Program-made: the position numbers and the translations under genes
Source: Deltaproteobacteria bacterium
GTDB taxonomy: Bacteria; Desulfobacterota; Binatia; Binatales; Binataceae
Assembly: GCA_021780755.1 (NCBI GenBank)
Contig: JAJXYF010000014.1
Span: 31,888-95,887, forward strand
DNA: 64,000 bases
Direction of reading: 5' to 3'
Notes under the pieces: model-generated
Told to the model about the DNA's origin: nothing
The model's database searches: none
The model's input: the letters and a program-made list of their open reading frames with translations, nothing else
In this document: positions 28,704 to 40,461 of the stretch, one piece after another
Position numbering within the stretch: the first letter of the stretch is position 1
Layout: every line of letters begins with the position of its first letter

Positions 28704-30911
28704 ATGGGAATGAAGTGTCGGCGCCGGTGGGGTCGGTGGGCTGCGGTCTTTTGCGCAATCGCGTTGCTGAGTGTGTTCGGCCGCAACGCGCCGGCCCAGA
28801 TGTTCCCGTTCGAACGCAACAAGGTCGAGCCGATCGATCCCCGGCAGGCCTTTAGCGAAGGCTACAACGCCTACCGGAGTCGGGATTGGCCGGGGGCGAT
28901 CGAGCGGATGCAACTGGCGGCGGCGCAAGTGCCCGAACTCATCGACTACGCGCTCTTCTACCAGGGCCTTGCGCAACGCGAGAATGGGGACCTCGCGGGC
29001 GCGGCCGCGACGTTGACGCGGCTGACCTCGAGCTACCCGCAGAGCGTGCTGGCGGATCGGGCGGCACTCGACTATGCCGATATCGAATTGAAGCTGGCGC
29101 ATCCGGACCTCGCCCTCGCGGCCGCGCGGACGGTTGCCGATCGGACAGGCGACTCCGGCCTGGAACAGAGCGCGCGTCTGATGGTTGCGCGTGCGCTGGA
29201 GGCTTCGGGCGATTACCGCGGCGCCTACGCCGAGGCGCAATCACTGCGCGAGCGCTTTCCCACCGGGGCCGCCGATGGTGCGGCGCGCGATCTCGCGTAC
29301 GAGGTCCTCGCGGCGCATCCGACGGTCGCCAATACCGAAACGCTCGACTACAAACGCGCCGAGGGCGCGCTGCTGCTGCGCGAGGGGCGCCCGGCCGCCG
29401 CGCTGGAGGAGCTCTCGGCAGCGCTCGCGATGGAGCCGCCGCTCGCGGTGCGCGTCGAGCTGGTATGGCTCGAGGCCGCGGCGTCGCGCGGAGATCCCGC
29501 GAGCCAGCGCGCCGCGCTGGGGCGCTATCTCGCGCTGGCGCCCGGCGGGGTCCATGCGGCCGCCGCCCTGAACGCACTCGCCCATTCGTGGTGGCATACC
29601 GACAATACCGATCTCGCGCGCACATACTTTAACCGCCTGTTGCGCGATTTCGCCGACAGCCCGCTCGCACCGCAGGCGTCGTTCGAGGTCGGGCGCACTT
29701 ACGAGGATGACGATAATCGCGAGGCCGCCCGCGCGCAGTACCAGCGGCTCATCCTGCGCTACCCGGCTAGCGACGCTGCCGCCGACGCCCGCTTCCGCGC
29801 CCCGTTCATGCTCTTCATGCTCAAGCGCTATGATCAGGCTTCGGCGGAATTCGCCGAGGGCGCCGCGCGTGCCGATGGCGGCGCGCAGCGTGACATGTTT
29901 TCCTACTGGCAGGCGCGATCGCTCGAGGCCAACGGCGCGACGGCGCCGGCGCGCGTGATCTACGAGCGCGTCGCCGTCAGCATCGACAGCAACTACTACC
30001 CGACCCTGGCCGAGCTGAAAGTGCAGGTCGCGCCCGCCGCGTTTCCAGCGGCGCTGGCCTCGGATCCGGTCGCGACCGGCGTGCCGCCGGCCACCGGTCT
30101 CGCGCAGTTCCATCTGATCCGCGCGATCGCGCTGCGCGACCTGGCGCTGCGCGACCTGGAGGCGGCCGAGTTGCGTGCGGTGGAAGTTAACGCCGCGGGC
30201 GACCCGGCGCTACGCGATTTCGTGCTCGCCGAATACGCCGCGGCGGGCGCGTACTACGACTCGATCACGACTGCCACCCGCTTCGCGGCGCGCGGCGAAC
30301 TCAACCCGCATGTCGCCGAACGGATGCGCTATCCGCGCGGCTACTGGGAGTTGGTCTCGCCGGCGGCGACCAGCAATAGTCTTGATCCCTACCTGGTGCT
30401 GGCGCTGATTCACCAGGAGAGCCTGTTCGATCCCAATGCGCGATCGGGATCCGACGCTCGCGGCCTGATGCAACTGCTGCCCACGACCGCCGAGCGCTGG
30501 GCGCCCGACGCCGGCGTCCCCGCGGCCGGGCTCGACCTCTACGACCCCGCACTCAGCGTGCGCATCGGCACGGTTTATCTGCGCAACCTGATGACGATGT
30601 TTGACGGTGACCGGTTCAAGGCGGTGGCCGCCTACAACGGCGGCGAGCATGCGGTGGCCGGCTGGGCCGCGAAATATCCCGGCGACGACGATCAATGGGT
30701 CGAGAACGTCGCCTTTCACGAGACCCGTGATTACGTCAAGAAAGTCATCGGAGGCCTGCGCGAATACCGGCTGATCTATGCGCCAGCGGTCGCGCCTGCG
30801 GTAACCGCGGCGCCAACGCAGGCTTCGCCGCTGCCATCGCGGTTGCCGCAGACCCCGCAATTGCCGCTGCCGGCCGCCACGTCGCCATCGGTATCGCAAA
30901 TCCCGCATTAA
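28704..30911 (+). CDS. Soluble lytic transglycosylase with TPR-like repeats
   Basis: Signal peptide; helical repeats; IHQESLF, ARGLMQL, AAYNGG, ETRDYVKKV. Confidence 0.92.
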   Translation: MGMKCRRRWGRWAAVFCAIALLSVFGRNAPAQMFPFERNKVEPIDPRQAFSEGYNAYRSRDWPGAIERMQLAAAQVPELIDYALFYQGLAQRENGDLAGAAATLTRLTSSYPQSVLADRAALDYADIELKLAHPDLALAAARTVADRTGDSGLEQSARLMVARALEASGDYRGAYAEAQSLRERFPTGAADGAARDLAYEVLAAHPTVANTETLDYKRAEGALLLREGRPAAALEELSAALAMEPPLAVRVELVWLEAAASRGDPASQRAALGRYLALAPGGVHAAAALNALAHSWWHTDNTDLARTYFNRLLRDFADSPLAPQASFEVGRTYEDDDNREAARAQYQRLILRYPASDAAADARFRAPFMLFMLKRYDQASAEFAEGAARADGGAQRDMFSYWQARSLEANGATAPARVIYERVAVSIDSNYYPTLAELKVQVAPAAFPAALASDPVATGVPPATGLAQFHLIRAIALRDLALRDLEAAELRAVEVNAAGDPALRDFVLAEYAAAGAYYDSITTATRFAARGELNPHVAERMRYPRGYWELVSPAATSNSLDPYLVLALIHQESLFDPNARSGSDARGLMQLLPTTAERWAPDAGVPAAGLDLYDPALSVRIGTVYLRNLMTMFDGDRFKAVAAYNGGEHAVAGWAAKYPGDDDQWVENVAFHETRDYVKKVIGGLREYRLIYAPAVAPAVTAAPTQASPLPSRLPQTPQLPLPAATSPSVSQIPH

Positions 30912-30913
30912 CG

Positions 30914-31975
30914 ATGAGCGCTACGGATTCAAATGCGTGCGCGCTTGTCGCGTCGCGGAAGACCCGCAGGGCCCGTTCGAGCGCGGGCGCGTCCAGCGGT
31001 TCGATCACAGAACGAATTATAGGGCGAATTGCGGGGCCAACCGCCGCACCGATTATAGGAATCGACGTGGGCGAGGATCTCCTCGACCTGGCGGTGCTCG
31101 ATGCGGCCGGCAAAAACCTGCGGCTGGCGCGCGTCGCGGTGACCGGCGTCGAACGTAAAGTCGCGAAGGGCGGGGTCGCGCGCGCGGCAACTCCGAATGA
31201 CAGCGGGGCGATCGGCGAGTTGGCCCACCGGATGCTGGCGGCGGCGCCCGAACTCGACACGGCGGGCGCGATCGTGCTGATCGATTCGCCACGGTGGCCG
31301 CGCGATCTCGATCTGGCGACGAGTGCTATCACCGGCGGCGGGCCGCGCGACGGTGTGCGAGCCTCGGCCGCGCGTGCGATCGATACGTCGCTGCGCGCGA
31401 TGGTGCGCAAACTGGCGCTGCAAAAGCGCGACGGTTCGCCGTTTCAATTGTCTATGTTCCCGACCCCGAAGTTCGAGTTTTTCTCCGCCTGCGTTCGCGA
31501 TCCGCGCTGCAAGCCACATCTGACGGCGACGGCCCGGGAGCTCTTCGGCGCCGCACTCGAAAGCGCCTCCGCGGGGCCCGTGCCGGCTGGGGGCCAGATC
31601 TTCACGCGCTTCATGCTGACCGGCTTTGCCGCCTACCGCGCGCTCGAACGGACCTCGGCCGCGCTCTACGAAGCCTATCCCGATCTCGCGTTTCGGCTCT
31701 GGGCGCGCGGCGAGGAGATCCCACCAAAGCGCACGGGGCGCACGGCGCTGGACGCCCGCCGGCGAATCAACCGGCGCCTTGCCGAGGAGCTTGGGTGCGC
31801 GGGCGCCGAGTACATCTCAACGCTCGACGAGGCCGACGCGACGATACTCGCACTGAGCGCCGCGCGGGCCTTGCGCGGTGGGGTAATCGCGGTAATCGAG
31901 CATCTGGCGGAGGGGCGTTTTGCACTCGCGCTGGACGGCGATCGGGCCAATCGCGTATGGAACACGAATGTTTAG
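30914..31975 (+). CDS. DUF429-like predicted RNase H-fold nuclease
   Basis: IIGIDVG, VLIDSP, YEAYP, DEADA acidic motifs; start position uncertain. Confidence 0.6.
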   Translation: MSATDSNACALVASRKTRRARSSAGASSGSITERIIGRIAGPTAAPIIGIDVGEDLLDLAVLDAAGKNLRLARVAVTGVERKVAKGGVARAATPNDSGAIGELAHRMLAAAPELDTAGAIVLIDSPRWPRDLDLATSAITGGGPRDGVRASAARAIDTSLRAMVRKLALQKRDGSPFQLSMFPTPKFEFFSACVRDPRCKPHLTATARELFGAALESASAGPVPAGGQIFTRFMLTGFAAYRALERTSAALYEAYPDLAFRLWARGEEIPPKRTGRTALDARRRINRRLAEELGCAGAEYISTLDEADATILALSAARALRGGVIAVIEHLAEGRFALALDGDRANRVWNTNV

Positions 31976-32087
31976 CGAAGAAAAAGCCATCGAATCCGCC
32001 TGAAAGGCGCTAATTGTGGTTGACCTGCGGCGGCTTCCGTTGAAAGCTGCTAATGCACGTTCCGGAGAAGGAGGGCATTTGCAGGAT

Positions 32088-32720
32088 ATGAAGGATCGAA
32101 AACACTGGATCTATGCGATCTTGGCGCTCGTGGGCGGAATCTTCGGAGGCGCGATCTCGGGACATCTCTTTCCGCGCGAGGCCGAGGCCTCCGCGCATGC
32201 GGCGCGGGAGCTACGGGCGGAGAAATTCGTCCTGGTCGATCGCAGCGGTACCGAACGCGGCGTGATTGGGGTGAACTCGCGCGGGATGGCCGTGATCGGG
32301 TTGAATGACCAGCACGGGCGGCTGCGCGGCGAGCTCCGGGTTGGCGCGGAGACTGGCAGCGCGCTCGGCTTTTATGATCAGAACGGGAACAAGCGCGTGA
32401 TCATCGGCGACACTCCGACCGGCCGTGACGGGCTCGCGATTTACAGCACCAACGGCCGGCAGATGGCGGGCTTCACGGTCGCCGATGACAACCAGTCGAG
32501 CGTCACGCTCTACGATCCGACCAATGGTCGTGCGCGCGTCGGCCTCGGCGTCGCAGCCAACGGCATCCCGGCGCTCGTGCTGTTCGATCAGAACGGTCGC
32601 GATCGCGCCGAGTTGCATGTCAATCTGAACGGTAAACCGGGGCTTGCGCTGGCCGACGAAGCCGGCAAATCGGTGGCAGGTCTGCCGATGCAGGAACCGC
32701 CCCAACCGTCGCAGCAATAG
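32088..32720 (+). CDS. Membrane-anchored or secreted protein with about 23-aa L-x-D-x-x-G-x-x-R repeats
   Basis: N-terminal TM segment, then seven repeats (LVDRSGTER, LNDQHGRLR, FYDQNGNKR, LFDQNGRDR...). Confidence 0.7.
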   Translation: MKDRKHWIYAILALVGGIFGGAISGHLFPREAEASAHAARELRAEKFVLVDRSGTERGVIGVNSRGMAVIGLNDQHGRLRGELRVGAETGSALGFYDQNGNKRVIIGDTPTGRDGLAIYSTNGRQMAGFTVADDNQSSVTLYDPTNGRARVGLGVAANGIPALVLFDQNGRDRAELHVNLNGKPGLALADEAGKSVAGLPMQEPPQPSQQ

Positions 32721-32756
32721 GAACAACAACGACGCTCAAAGTGGAGGAGAGTTGAA

Positions 32757-33110
32757 ATGCACTCGATCGGAAAAAAGGTGGCTGCCTTCATAATCGCCGC
32801 TGCGATGCTGGTCGCGCTGGCCGGATGCTCGGGTCAGCCGCTCAGCACGCGTGAAAAGGGCACTGGTATCGGCGCCCTGCTCGGTGCTGGCACCGGTGCG
32901 ATCATCGGAGCGGCGGTCGGCTCGCCGGGCGCGGGAGCGGCAATCGGCGGAGCGCTGGGCGCCGGCACCGGTTTCGTGGTCGGCAACGCGATGCAGAACC
33001 AGGAAGTCCAGCAACAGCAGACCCAATCGCAGTTGCAATCGCAGCAGACCGAGATTGAGCAGCAGCGGCGCGAAATCGAGCAGATGAAATCGCAGTCGGA
33101 AACCGAATAA
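32757..33110 (+). CDS. Glycine-zipper lipoprotein
   Basis: Lipobox LAGC; GALLGAGTGAIIGAAVG...GAAIGGALGAGTG; Gln-rich coiled tail. Confidence 0.88.
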   Translation: MHSIGKKVAAFIIAAAMLVALAGCSGQPLSTREKGTGIGALLGAGTGAIIGAAVGSPGAGAAIGGALGAGTGFVVGNAMQNQEVQQQQTQSQLQSQQTEIEQQRREIEQMKSQSETE

Positions 33111-33268
33111 CGCGCTGGCCATGACCGGGGCCGGCCGTGTTCCCACGCGGCCGGCCTCCTGAACCGCGGCACTCGCGGGCGACCCGTCGCGGTGTTCCGC
33201 GGCCAGCAGCGGCTGCGCACCGCGCTCCACGACCGCTCCGGCCCGCTTACCCTTGAGAGAACGCCCGC

Positions 33269-33964
33269 TTGGAACGCAGCTTCAAGGCCATCTTTTTCGA
33301 TCTCGACGGCACCCTGGTTGACCTCCACGGACCGCTCTATATAGCCGCTCGCAACGCGCTTGGCGAACTCGGCCAAGGGCCGCCGTTGACCCCGGAACGC
33401 TACCGCGAGGCGCTCGCCCGCGATGACCTCTACCTGGGCCTTCCCGAACATCTGCGACCGCAGTACCTGCGTCTCGCGTTTGCCTACTTCGTCACCGAAC
33501 TCGACCGCACCGAGCGGCTCGAAGTGCTGCCGCATGTTCATGAGACGCTGGCCGAACTCAAACGCCGCGGCTACGCGACCGCGATTATTACGTCGCGTCC
33601 AGGCGACTCGAATCGGCTGGTGGCGAAGCTCGCGATGGTCGGACTGGCGTCGTATTTCGACCAGGTCGTCACGCAGAGCACGGCCTCGCTGCGTGCGCTC
33701 GACAAGACCGAAAGCCTCAAGCATGCGGCCGCGCGCGCGTCCATTCTGCCGCAAGCGTGCATGTACGTCGGCGACGAACCGCGCGACGTGATGGCGGCGA
33801 CCCAGGCCGGCTACGGCGCCAAAGTAGCGGTGGCGACCGGGCCGGCGACGTTCGGCTACCTGCGCGATCATCAGGAGCATCAGCCGGACTTCGTGTTGCG
33901 CTCGATGGCGGAGCTAATCGGCCTGCTGGATCGCCTGAAGGCGGGTGACGACCAGCCTCAATAG
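33269..33964 (+). CDS. HAD-superfamily hydrolase
   Basis: FDLDGTLVD, ITS, YVGDE..D. Confidence 0.88.
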   Translation: MERSFKAIFFDLDGTLVDLHGPLYIAARNALGELGQGPPLTPERYREALARDDLYLGLPEHLRPQYLRLAFAYFVTELDRTERLEVLPHVHETLAELKRRGYATAIITSRPGDSNRLVAKLAMVGLASYFDQVVTQSTASLRALDKTESLKHAAARASILPQACMYVGDEPRDVMAATQAGYGAKVAVATGPATFGYLRDHQEHQPDFVLRSMAELIGLLDRLKAGDDQPQ

Positions 33965-34037
33965 ACCGCCCTCGGCTCGGGGCGTCTGGTGCTCGTCGAA
34001 GGTTTGCACTTTAAATTCTGCCTGGTACGCGCGACGC

Positions 34038-34208
34038 TTGACAGGCGGCTGACCCTGACATATTAAATCTCAAGTAATCCGATAGATTTAATTGTCTCAT
34101 AAGCCAAGCCCACGCGCGCCCGAGAAGCTTTTCCGGCAATAATCAGGCCTCGACCTGCGCAAATTGATTTTTGAGCCTATTACTCTACTAATCGCATCGG
34201 ATTTGTAA
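34038..34208 (+). promoter_or_regulatory. Promoter region with two related AT-rich operator-like boxes upstream of the sulfate operon
   Basis: ttgaca at 34038; ttaaatct-N13-agatttaa at 34063-34091; related box at 34180-34208. Confidence 0.6.
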
Positions 34209-34300
34209 TTTGCCCGATCCAGCGGAAACGGCGGGTCCTCCACGATCCGAGGGCGGTATCGGAGAAGGCGAGAAGGCGGGCTGGCGAGGGCTGAATTTCG

Positions 34301-35761
34301 ATGAGACGTAAATTTAAGGCGGTGCAGGCGGCGTTGGAAAGCCTCGCGCTGTTGATGAGCGCGTGGCCCGCGGTGGCGCTCGCGCAAGCTCAATCGATGT
34401 TCCAGATGCAGCAGCAAATCGAGCAACTCACGAAGAGAGTCGAAGATCTGGAGCGCGCCAATCAGCAGCTTCACGGGCTCGATCGGCAAGTTCAGGTGAT
34501 CGATCGCAAAATCGAGGCAGATCAGACTGCCGCGCGCGAAAGCGCTAAGACCGCGCCGATTGTCAGCGTCAGCCAAGCGGGGTTTTTTCTCAATTCCGCC
34601 GACGGCGGGAAAACCTTTAGTTTGCACCTCGGTGGCTACGCGCAGACCGATGGCCGTTTCTATCTGAGCCAGACCAAGCCGAGCGGCAGTGAATTCCTGA
34701 TGCGGCGCGTCAGACCGATCCTGGAAGGCACGGTGGGTCAGTTTTACGACTTCCGCATAATGCCGGATTTTGGCCAAGGGACGGCGGTGCTCTACGACGC
34801 TTACACGGACATTCATTACCTTCCTGAGTTTCGGCTTCGTCTGGGTAAGTTCAGAGCGCCGGTTGGGCTTGAGCAACTTCAGATCACCCGGGATCTCAAG
34901 TTCGTCGAGTACGCATTGCCGACCGATCTGGTGCCAAACCGGGATATCGGCGTCGAAATTCACGGCGATCTGTTGCGGCAGCGGATGAATTATGAAGTCG
35001 GCATCTTCAATCAGATCCCCGACAACACGGCGACCGTTGACGGCGCGAATGGCGACGCGAAGGATTTCGAGGCGCGGGTGTATTTCCATCCCTTCGCCGG
35101 TGCGCAGTTTGCCGAGATCAGTGCTCTGGAGCGGTGGGGCGTGGGCATCTCGGGCACCTACGGCGACACTCGCGCCACGACTATCGATACCTACAAGTCG
35201 GCCGGGCAATTCACGTTTTTCAAGTACAACACCGGCGTTGTTGCGGCCGGACCTCGCTACCGCTACTCGCCCCAATTTGACTGGTCCTGGCGGTCGCTGG
35301 GCCTGCTCGGCGAATACATTCAGAATACGCAGCGTCTGGCGCCGCCGGTCACGCCCGGCAAGCTTGCGTACGCGGGAACTCCACGCACGATCAGCACACA
35401 GGCCTGGCAGCTTCAGGCGAGCTACCTGCTCACCGGCGAGGACGAAACGCTTGCGGCCGTGCAGCCCCGGCGGAATTTCGATCCGATGGGCGGTGGCCTC
35501 GGCGCGTGGGAGCTGGTCGCCCGCGGCGACCAGCTAATGATCGACAATGACGTGTACAACTACGGCCTCGCCAGCAAGTCAACCGCCGCGAACGAGGCCC
35601 TCGAGTGGTCTTTGGGAGTCAACTGGTATCTAAACCGCAACGTGAAGTTTCAGCTCGACTACGAGAACACGACATTTCGGTATGGGGCCGGCAAGGCGAC
35701 CGCCGTCAATGCGCTAACCGCGGAGAGCGCGATTTTGAGCCGGATGCAGCTCAGTTTCTGA
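34301..35761 (+). CDS. OprO/OprP-family anion-selective porin
   Basis: Signal peptide, coiled coil, [34 protein letters not shown], terminal Phe. Confidence 0.88.
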   Translation: MRRKFKAVQAALESLALLMSAWPAVALAQAQSMFQMQQQIEQLTKRVEDLERANQQLHGLDRQVQVIDRKIEADQTAARESAKTAPIVSVSQAGFFLNSADGGKTFSLHLGGYAQTDGRFYLSQTKPSGSEFLMRRVRPILEGTVGQFYDFRIMPDFGQGTAVLYDAYTDIHYLPEFRLRLGKFRAPVGLEQLQITRDLKFVEYALPTDLVPNRDIGVEIHGDLLRQRMNYEVGIFNQIPDNTATVDGANGDAKDFEARVYFHPFAGAQFAEISALERWGVGISGTYGDTRATTIDTYKSAGQFTFFKYNTGVVAAGPRYRYSPQFDWSWRSLGLLGEYIQNTQRLAPPVTPGKLAYAGTPRTISTQAWQLQASYLLTGEDETLAAVQPRRNFDPMGGGLGAWELVARGDQLMIDNDVYNYGLASKSTAANEALEWSLGVNWYLNRNVKFQLDYENTTFRYGAGKATAVNALTAESAILSRMQLSF

Positions 35762-35823
35762 GCCTGAATCAGGCAGATCGGCGATCCGAAAAACCCAGTA
35801 GTGAGCGAGCGATTCCAATTGGT

Positions 35824-36834
35824 ATGAAGTTGAAGCAGGCTATTTTCGGGTCGGCGGCCGCACTGTTCGCGATCACCTCGATCAACCCGCCGGCGGCACG
35901 CGCGGGCCAGAAGATGCTCAACGTTTCGTTCGACCCGACGCGCGAGCTCTACGAGGATTACGATGTCGCGTTCGCGACTCATTGGAAGCTCAAGACCGGC
36001 CAGGAAGTAACGATCAATTTGTCCAACGGCGGCTCGGGCAAGCAGGCTCGCGCGGTGATCGACGGGCTCCAGGCCGATGTCGTCACGCTGGGACTCGCAT
36101 ACGATATCGACGCGATCGCCGAGAAGGCGCAGTTGCTGCCGGCCGACTGGCGGGGCCGCCTGCCCGACGACAGCTCGCCCTACACCTCGACGATTGTGTT
36201 TATGGTCCGCAAGGGTAATCCCAAAGGAATCAAGGATTGGCCCGACGTGGTGAAACCGGGCGTCCAGGTGATCACGGCCAATCCCAAGACCTCGGGTGGC
36301 GCGCGCTGGGCCTATCTGGCGGCGTGGGGCTATGCGTTGCAGGCCCCCGGCGGCAGCGCGGCCGCAGCCAAGGATTTCGTGGCGAAGCTGTACCAGAACG
36401 TGCCGGTGCTCAATTCGGGCGCGCGCGGCTCGACCACCACCTTTGTCGAACGCGAGGTCGGCGACGTGCTGCTTGCGTGGGAGAACGAGGCGTACCTCGC
36501 CCTCAACCAGTTTGGTGCGGACAAATTCGAGATCGTGTACCCCTCGACCAGCATATTGGCCGAGCCGCCGGTGGCGCTGGTGGACAAGGTGGTCGATCGC
36601 GATGGCACGCGCGCGGTAGCGCAGGAGTACCTGAACTATCTGTACACCGACGACGGGCAGCGGATCGCGGCCAAGCATTATTTTCGTCCGCGGCTCGCGT
36701 CGGCGGCGAAGTACGGACCGGCCTTCCCGAAGATCAAGCTGTTTACCGTGCGGGACGTGGCCGGTGGATGGCAAAAGGCGCAGGCGACGCATTTTGCGGA
36801 CGGCGGCGTCTTCGATCAGATCTATCAACCTTGA
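35824..36834 (+). CDS. sbp: Sulfate ABC transporter substrate-binding protein
   Basis: [45 protein letters not shown]. Confidence 0.95.
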   Translation: MKLKQAIFGSAAALFAITSINPPAARAGQKMLNVSFDPTRELYEDYDVAFATHWKLKTGQEVTINLSNGGSGKQARAVIDGLQADVVTLGLAYDIDAIAEKAQLLPADWRGRLPDDSSPYTSTIVFMVRKGNPKGIKDWPDVVKPGVQVITANPKTSGGARWAYLAAWGYALQAPGGSAAAAKDFVAKLYQNVPVLNSGARGSTTTFVEREVGDVLLAWENEAYLALNQFGADKFEIVYPSTSILAEPPVALVDKVVDRDGTRAVAQEYLNYLYTDDGQRIAAKHYFRPRLASAAKYGPAFPKIKLFTVRDVAGGWQKAQATHFADGGVFDQIYQP

Positions 36835-36912
36835 ACCGGCGAACGTGAATCTCAAAGTGGCATCCGCAAAAAGATCCGGGAAGACAGGGATGAAAGAGGA
36901 CCGGGGGCGCGC

Positions 36913-37752
36913 ATGGCCGGCATGATCCGCACGACGCGGCGGGTGCTGCCCGGCTTCGGCCTGACGATGGGCTATACGCTGGCCTACCTCAGCCTGATCG
37001 CGTTGATCCCGCTCTCGACGATCCTGCTGAAGACCGAAGGTATGGGCTGGGTGCGGTTCTGGCATGTGGTGCTCTCGCCGCGGGTAATCGCCGCGTACAA
37101 GCTCAGTATCGGGGCGTCGCTGATCGCGGCCGCGATCAACTCGGTCTTCGGCTTTATCGTCGCGTGGACGCTGTCGCGCTACGAGTTTCCGGGCAAGGGC
37201 GCACTGGACGCGTTGGTGGATCTGCCGTTCGCACTGCCGACCTCGGTTGCCGGTATCACGCTTACGTCGATATACGCGCAAAACGGCATCATCGGGCGGC
37301 TCTTCGTGCCGTTCGGGATCAAGATTGCGTTCGCGCCGCTCGGCATCGTCGTGGCCTTGACCTTTATCGGCTTGCCTTTTGTGGTGCGGACGGTGCAGCC
37401 AGTGCTGCAGGAGCTCGAAGCGGAGTTGGAGGAGGCGGCGGCGACGCTGGGGGCCACCCGCCTGCAGACCTTTCGGCGGGTGATCGGGCCGGCGATGCTG
37501 CCGGCGCTGATCACGGGATTCGCGCTCGCTTTTGCGCGCGCGCTCGGCGAATACGGGTCGGTCGTCTTCATCTCGGGCAACATGCCGATGCATACCGAGG
37601 TCGTGCCGCTGCTGATCATGACCCGGCTCGAGGAGTTCGATTACCAGGGCGCGACCGCGATCGCGCTGGTGATGCTGGTGCTCTCGTTCACGATGCTTTT
37701 CGGGATCAACCTGCTGCAACGCTGGAGCGCCTCACGATATGCCGCCGGTTGA
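36913..37752 (+). CDS. cysT: Sulfate ABC transporter permease CysT
   Basis: [38 protein letters not shown]. Confidence 0.95.
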   Translation: MAGMIRTTRRVLPGFGLTMGYTLAYLSLIALIPLSTILLKTEGMGWVRFWHVVLSPRVIAAYKLSIGASLIAAAINSVFGFIVAWTLSRYEFPGKGALDALVDLPFALPTSVAGITLTSIYAQNGIIGRLFVPFGIKIAFAPLGIVVALTFIGLPFVVRTVQPVLQELEAELEEAAATLGATRLQTFRRVIGPAMLPALITGFALAFARALGEYGSVVFISGNMPMHTEVVPLLIMTRLEEFDYQGATAIALVMLVLSFTMLFGINLLQRWSASRYAAG

Positions 37753-38710
37753 GCAACTTCCGAGCGGGCCAAGCGGATCGCGCGCCGTGGACGGATCGAG
37801 CGGGGCTGCCGGCGGCCGGGTGCCGGTGTCCGAGGCGAGCGCGAGCCTGTGCCGCGCGACCGAGGATCCGGTGTGGGCGCGGCGGCTGATTATCGGCGTG
37901 GCGACCGGCTTCCTTGGGATTTTCCTGATCGTCCCGCTGGTCTCGGTCTTCGCCGAGGCACTCAACCAGGGCGTCGGGCTTTACTTTGCCGCGATCACCG
38001 ATCCCGAGGCGCTGAGCGCGATTCGGCTGACACTGCTGACGGCCGCGATCGCGGTGCCACTCAACCTGGTTTTCGGCCTGGCGGCGTCGTGGGCGATCAC
38101 GCGCTTCGAGTTTCATGGCAAGAACCTGCTGACCACCCTGATCGACCTGCCGTTCGCGGTCTCGCCGGTAATCGCGGGCATGATCTATGTGCTGATGTTC
38201 GGCGCGCACGGATGGTTCGGCGGATGGCTGATGGAGCACAACATCAGGATCATCTTTGCCGTCCCCGGAATCGTGCTGGCGACCACTTTTGTGACTTTTC
38301 CCTTCGTCGCGCGTGAGCTGATTCCGGTGATGGAGGCGAGCGGCACGGACGAGGAGCTGGCGGCGATCACGCTCGGCGCGACCGGCTGGCAGACCTTCTA
38401 TCGAATCACGCTGCCGAAGGTGAAATGGGGTCTGCTGTACGGCGTGATTATCTGCAATGCGCGCGCGATGGGCGAGTTCGGCGCGGTCTCGGTGGTTTCG
38501 GGGCATATCCGAGGGCTGACCAACACGATGCCGCTTTATGTGGAAATCCTCTACAACGATTATAATTTCACCGCTTCCTTCGCGGTCGCGTCGCTGTTGA
38601 CCGCACTCGCGCTGGTGACGCTGGTCGCCAAGCGCGTGATCGGCGGCAAGGTGGAGCATCCGCGCCTGCCGACGGTCGCCGGCGACGGAGTCGAGCGCGA
38701 GGCCGCATGA
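37739..38710 (+). CDS. cysW: Sulfate ABC transporter permease CysW
   Basis: [37 protein letters not shown]. Confidence 0.95.
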   Translation: MPPVEQLPSGPSGSRAVDGSSGAAGGRVPVSEASASLCRATEDPVWARRLIIGVATGFLGIFLIVPLVSVFAEALNQGVGLYFAAITDPEALSAIRLTLLTAAIAVPLNLVFGLAASWAITRFEFHGKNLLTTLIDLPFAVSPVIAGMIYVLMFGAHGWFGGWLMEHNIRIIFAVPGIVLATTFVTFPFVARELIPVMEASGTDEELAAITLGATGWQTFYRITLPKVKWGLLYGVIICNARAMGEFGAVSVVSGHIRGLTNTMPLYVEILYNDYNFTASFAVASLLTALALVTLVAKRVIGGKVEHPRLPTVAGDGVEREAA

Positions 38711-39777
38711 GTATCGAAGTCCGCCGTATCGCGAAGAATTTCGGGAGCTTCGTCGCGCTCGACGACGTGAGTCTGGAGATTCCGACCGGCGAGCTGGTCG
38801 CGCTGCTGGGGCCGTCGGGTTCGGGCAAGACCACGCTGCTGCGGATAATCGCCGGGCTCGAACTACCCGACCGCGGCGAGGTGCGTTTCGACCGCGAGGC
38901 GGCGACCAACCGCAGCGTGCGCGAGCGCAACGTCGGTTTCGTCTTTCAGCATTACGCGCTGTTCAAGCATATGACGGTGTTCGAGAACGTTGCGTTCGGC
39001 CTGCGCGTGCGCCCGCGCAAAATTCGTCCGCCCGAGGCTGAAATCCGCGCGAAGGTCCATGACCTGCTGAAGCTGGTGCAGCTCGACTGGTCGGGCGACC
39101 GCTACCCGTCGCAACTTTCGGGCGGGCAGCGCCAGCGAATCGCATTGGCCCGCGCGCTCGCGGTGGAGCCCAAGGTGCTGCTGCTCGACGAGCCTTTCGG
39201 CGCGCTCGATGCAAAGGTGCGCGAGGAGCTGCGCCGATGGCTGCGGCGGCTGCATGACGAACTGCACGTGACCAGTATCTTCGTGACGCATGACCAGGAG
39301 GAGGCGCTGGAGCTGGCGAATCGCGTGGTGGTGCTGAATAACGGCAAGATCGAGCAGGCAGGTACGCCCGAGGAGCTTTATCATCATCCGGCGACGCCGT
39401 TCGTTTACAATTTCCTCGGCAACGTGAACCTGTTCCACGGGCGGATCGAAAATGGCCGCCTCTATATTCGTGGGACCTCGGTCCCCGTCAACGGCCATAC
39501 CGACCTCGCCGGCTCGAATGGCAAGGATGCGATGGTCTATGTGCGGCCGCATCTGCTGGAGATCCATCTGCAGCCGATCGCGAAGGGGTCGTTTGCGGCG
39601 ACCGTCACGCATATCAATGCGGCGGGGCCGAAGGTGAAGGTTGAGCTGACTACTCATTGGGGCGACCCGGTGCAGGTCGAGATCGATCACGATCGCTATC
39701 GCGAGCTGAAGCTGGAGCGCGACGGCGAGGTCTATCTAAGCCCGCGCGAGAACCACGTGTTCGTGTATCAGATTTAG
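38707..39777 (+). CDS. cysA: Sulfate ABC transporter ATP-binding protein
   Basis: [37 protein letters not shown]-like C-terminus. Confidence 0.96.
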   Translation: MSIEVRRIAKNFGSFVALDDVSLEIPTGELVALLGPSGSGKTTLLRIIAGLELPDRGEVRFDREAATNRSVRERNVGFVFQHYALFKHMTVFENVAFGLRVRPRKIRPPEAEIRAKVHDLLKLVQLDWSGDRYPSQLSGGQRQRIALARALAVEPKVLLLDEPFGALDAKVREELRRWLRRLHDELHVTSIFVTHDQEEALELANRVVVLNNGKIEQAGTPEELYHHPATPFVYNFLGNVNLFHGRIENGRLYIRGTSVPVNGHTDLAGSNGKDAMVYVRPHLLEIHLQPIAKGSFAATVTHINAAGPKVKVELTTHWGDPVQVEIDHDRYRELKLERDGEVYLSPRENHVFVYQI

Positions 39778-39816
39778 CTGGATGAAAGCGGATTGGGAGA
39801 GTTGGCCGGCATCGGT

Positions 39817-40440
39817 TCATTCGAACATCTCGGGTTCGCGGGTGCTCAGCCAGCGCAAGCCCTGGTAGGCGTAATGCAGGCCCGCGCTCGCCGTGACTAC
39901 CAGCGTCAGGTAGAGCAACCCGTGCCAATATAGCGGCCACTTCAGCCGGGCCTGCGCCAATGCGCCGATCACGCAGCAAAGCTGAAGGAAGGTGCTGCCC
40001 TTGCCGAGGTAGGTCGGACGCATCGGCGGACGTTCGCCGGTAAAGAACGCGAACATAAAGTAGCCGAAGACGATGACTACATCGCGAATCAGCACGACGC
40101 CGAGCAGCCAGGCCGGGAAGGAGTTTTCGAACGTCAGCGCGACGAAGGCGCTGACCAGCAGGAGCTTGTCGGCGAAGGGATCGAGGTATGCGCCGATTTC
40201 GGTGCGCATATCAAACCAGCGGGCGACGGCGCCGTCGAGCCCGTCGGACAGCGCGGCGACGCCAAAGAGGTAGAGCGCGTCGGTGTAGCGATGTTTGCTG
40301 AGCAGGGCGAGGAAGAATGGGATCAGCACGATGCGCAGCAGGGTCAGCGCGTTGGGCAGGTTGAGGAGTTGGCCGAACGCGAGCCTATGGGTGGGCGCGG
40401 GTGGCGGAGTGGGATGACTGGACGCCGGAGGCATTGGCAA
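39817..40440 (-). CDS. CDP-alcohol phosphatidyltransferase
   Basis: NLPNALTLLR, SDGLDGAVAR...GAYLDPFADK. Confidence 0.92.
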   Translation of the reverse strand: MPMPPASSHPTPPPAPTHRLAFGQLLNLPNALTLLRIVLIPFFLALLSKHRYTDALYLFGVAALSDGLDGAVARWFDMRTEIGAYLDPFADKLLLVSAFVALTFENSFPAWLLGVVLIRDVVIVFGYFMFAFFTGERPPMRPTYLGKGSTFLQLCCVIGALAQARLKWPLYWHGLLYLTLVVTASAGLHYAYQGLRWLSTREPEMFE

Positions 40441-40461
40441 GTTGCGCGGTGTGCCGATCGT

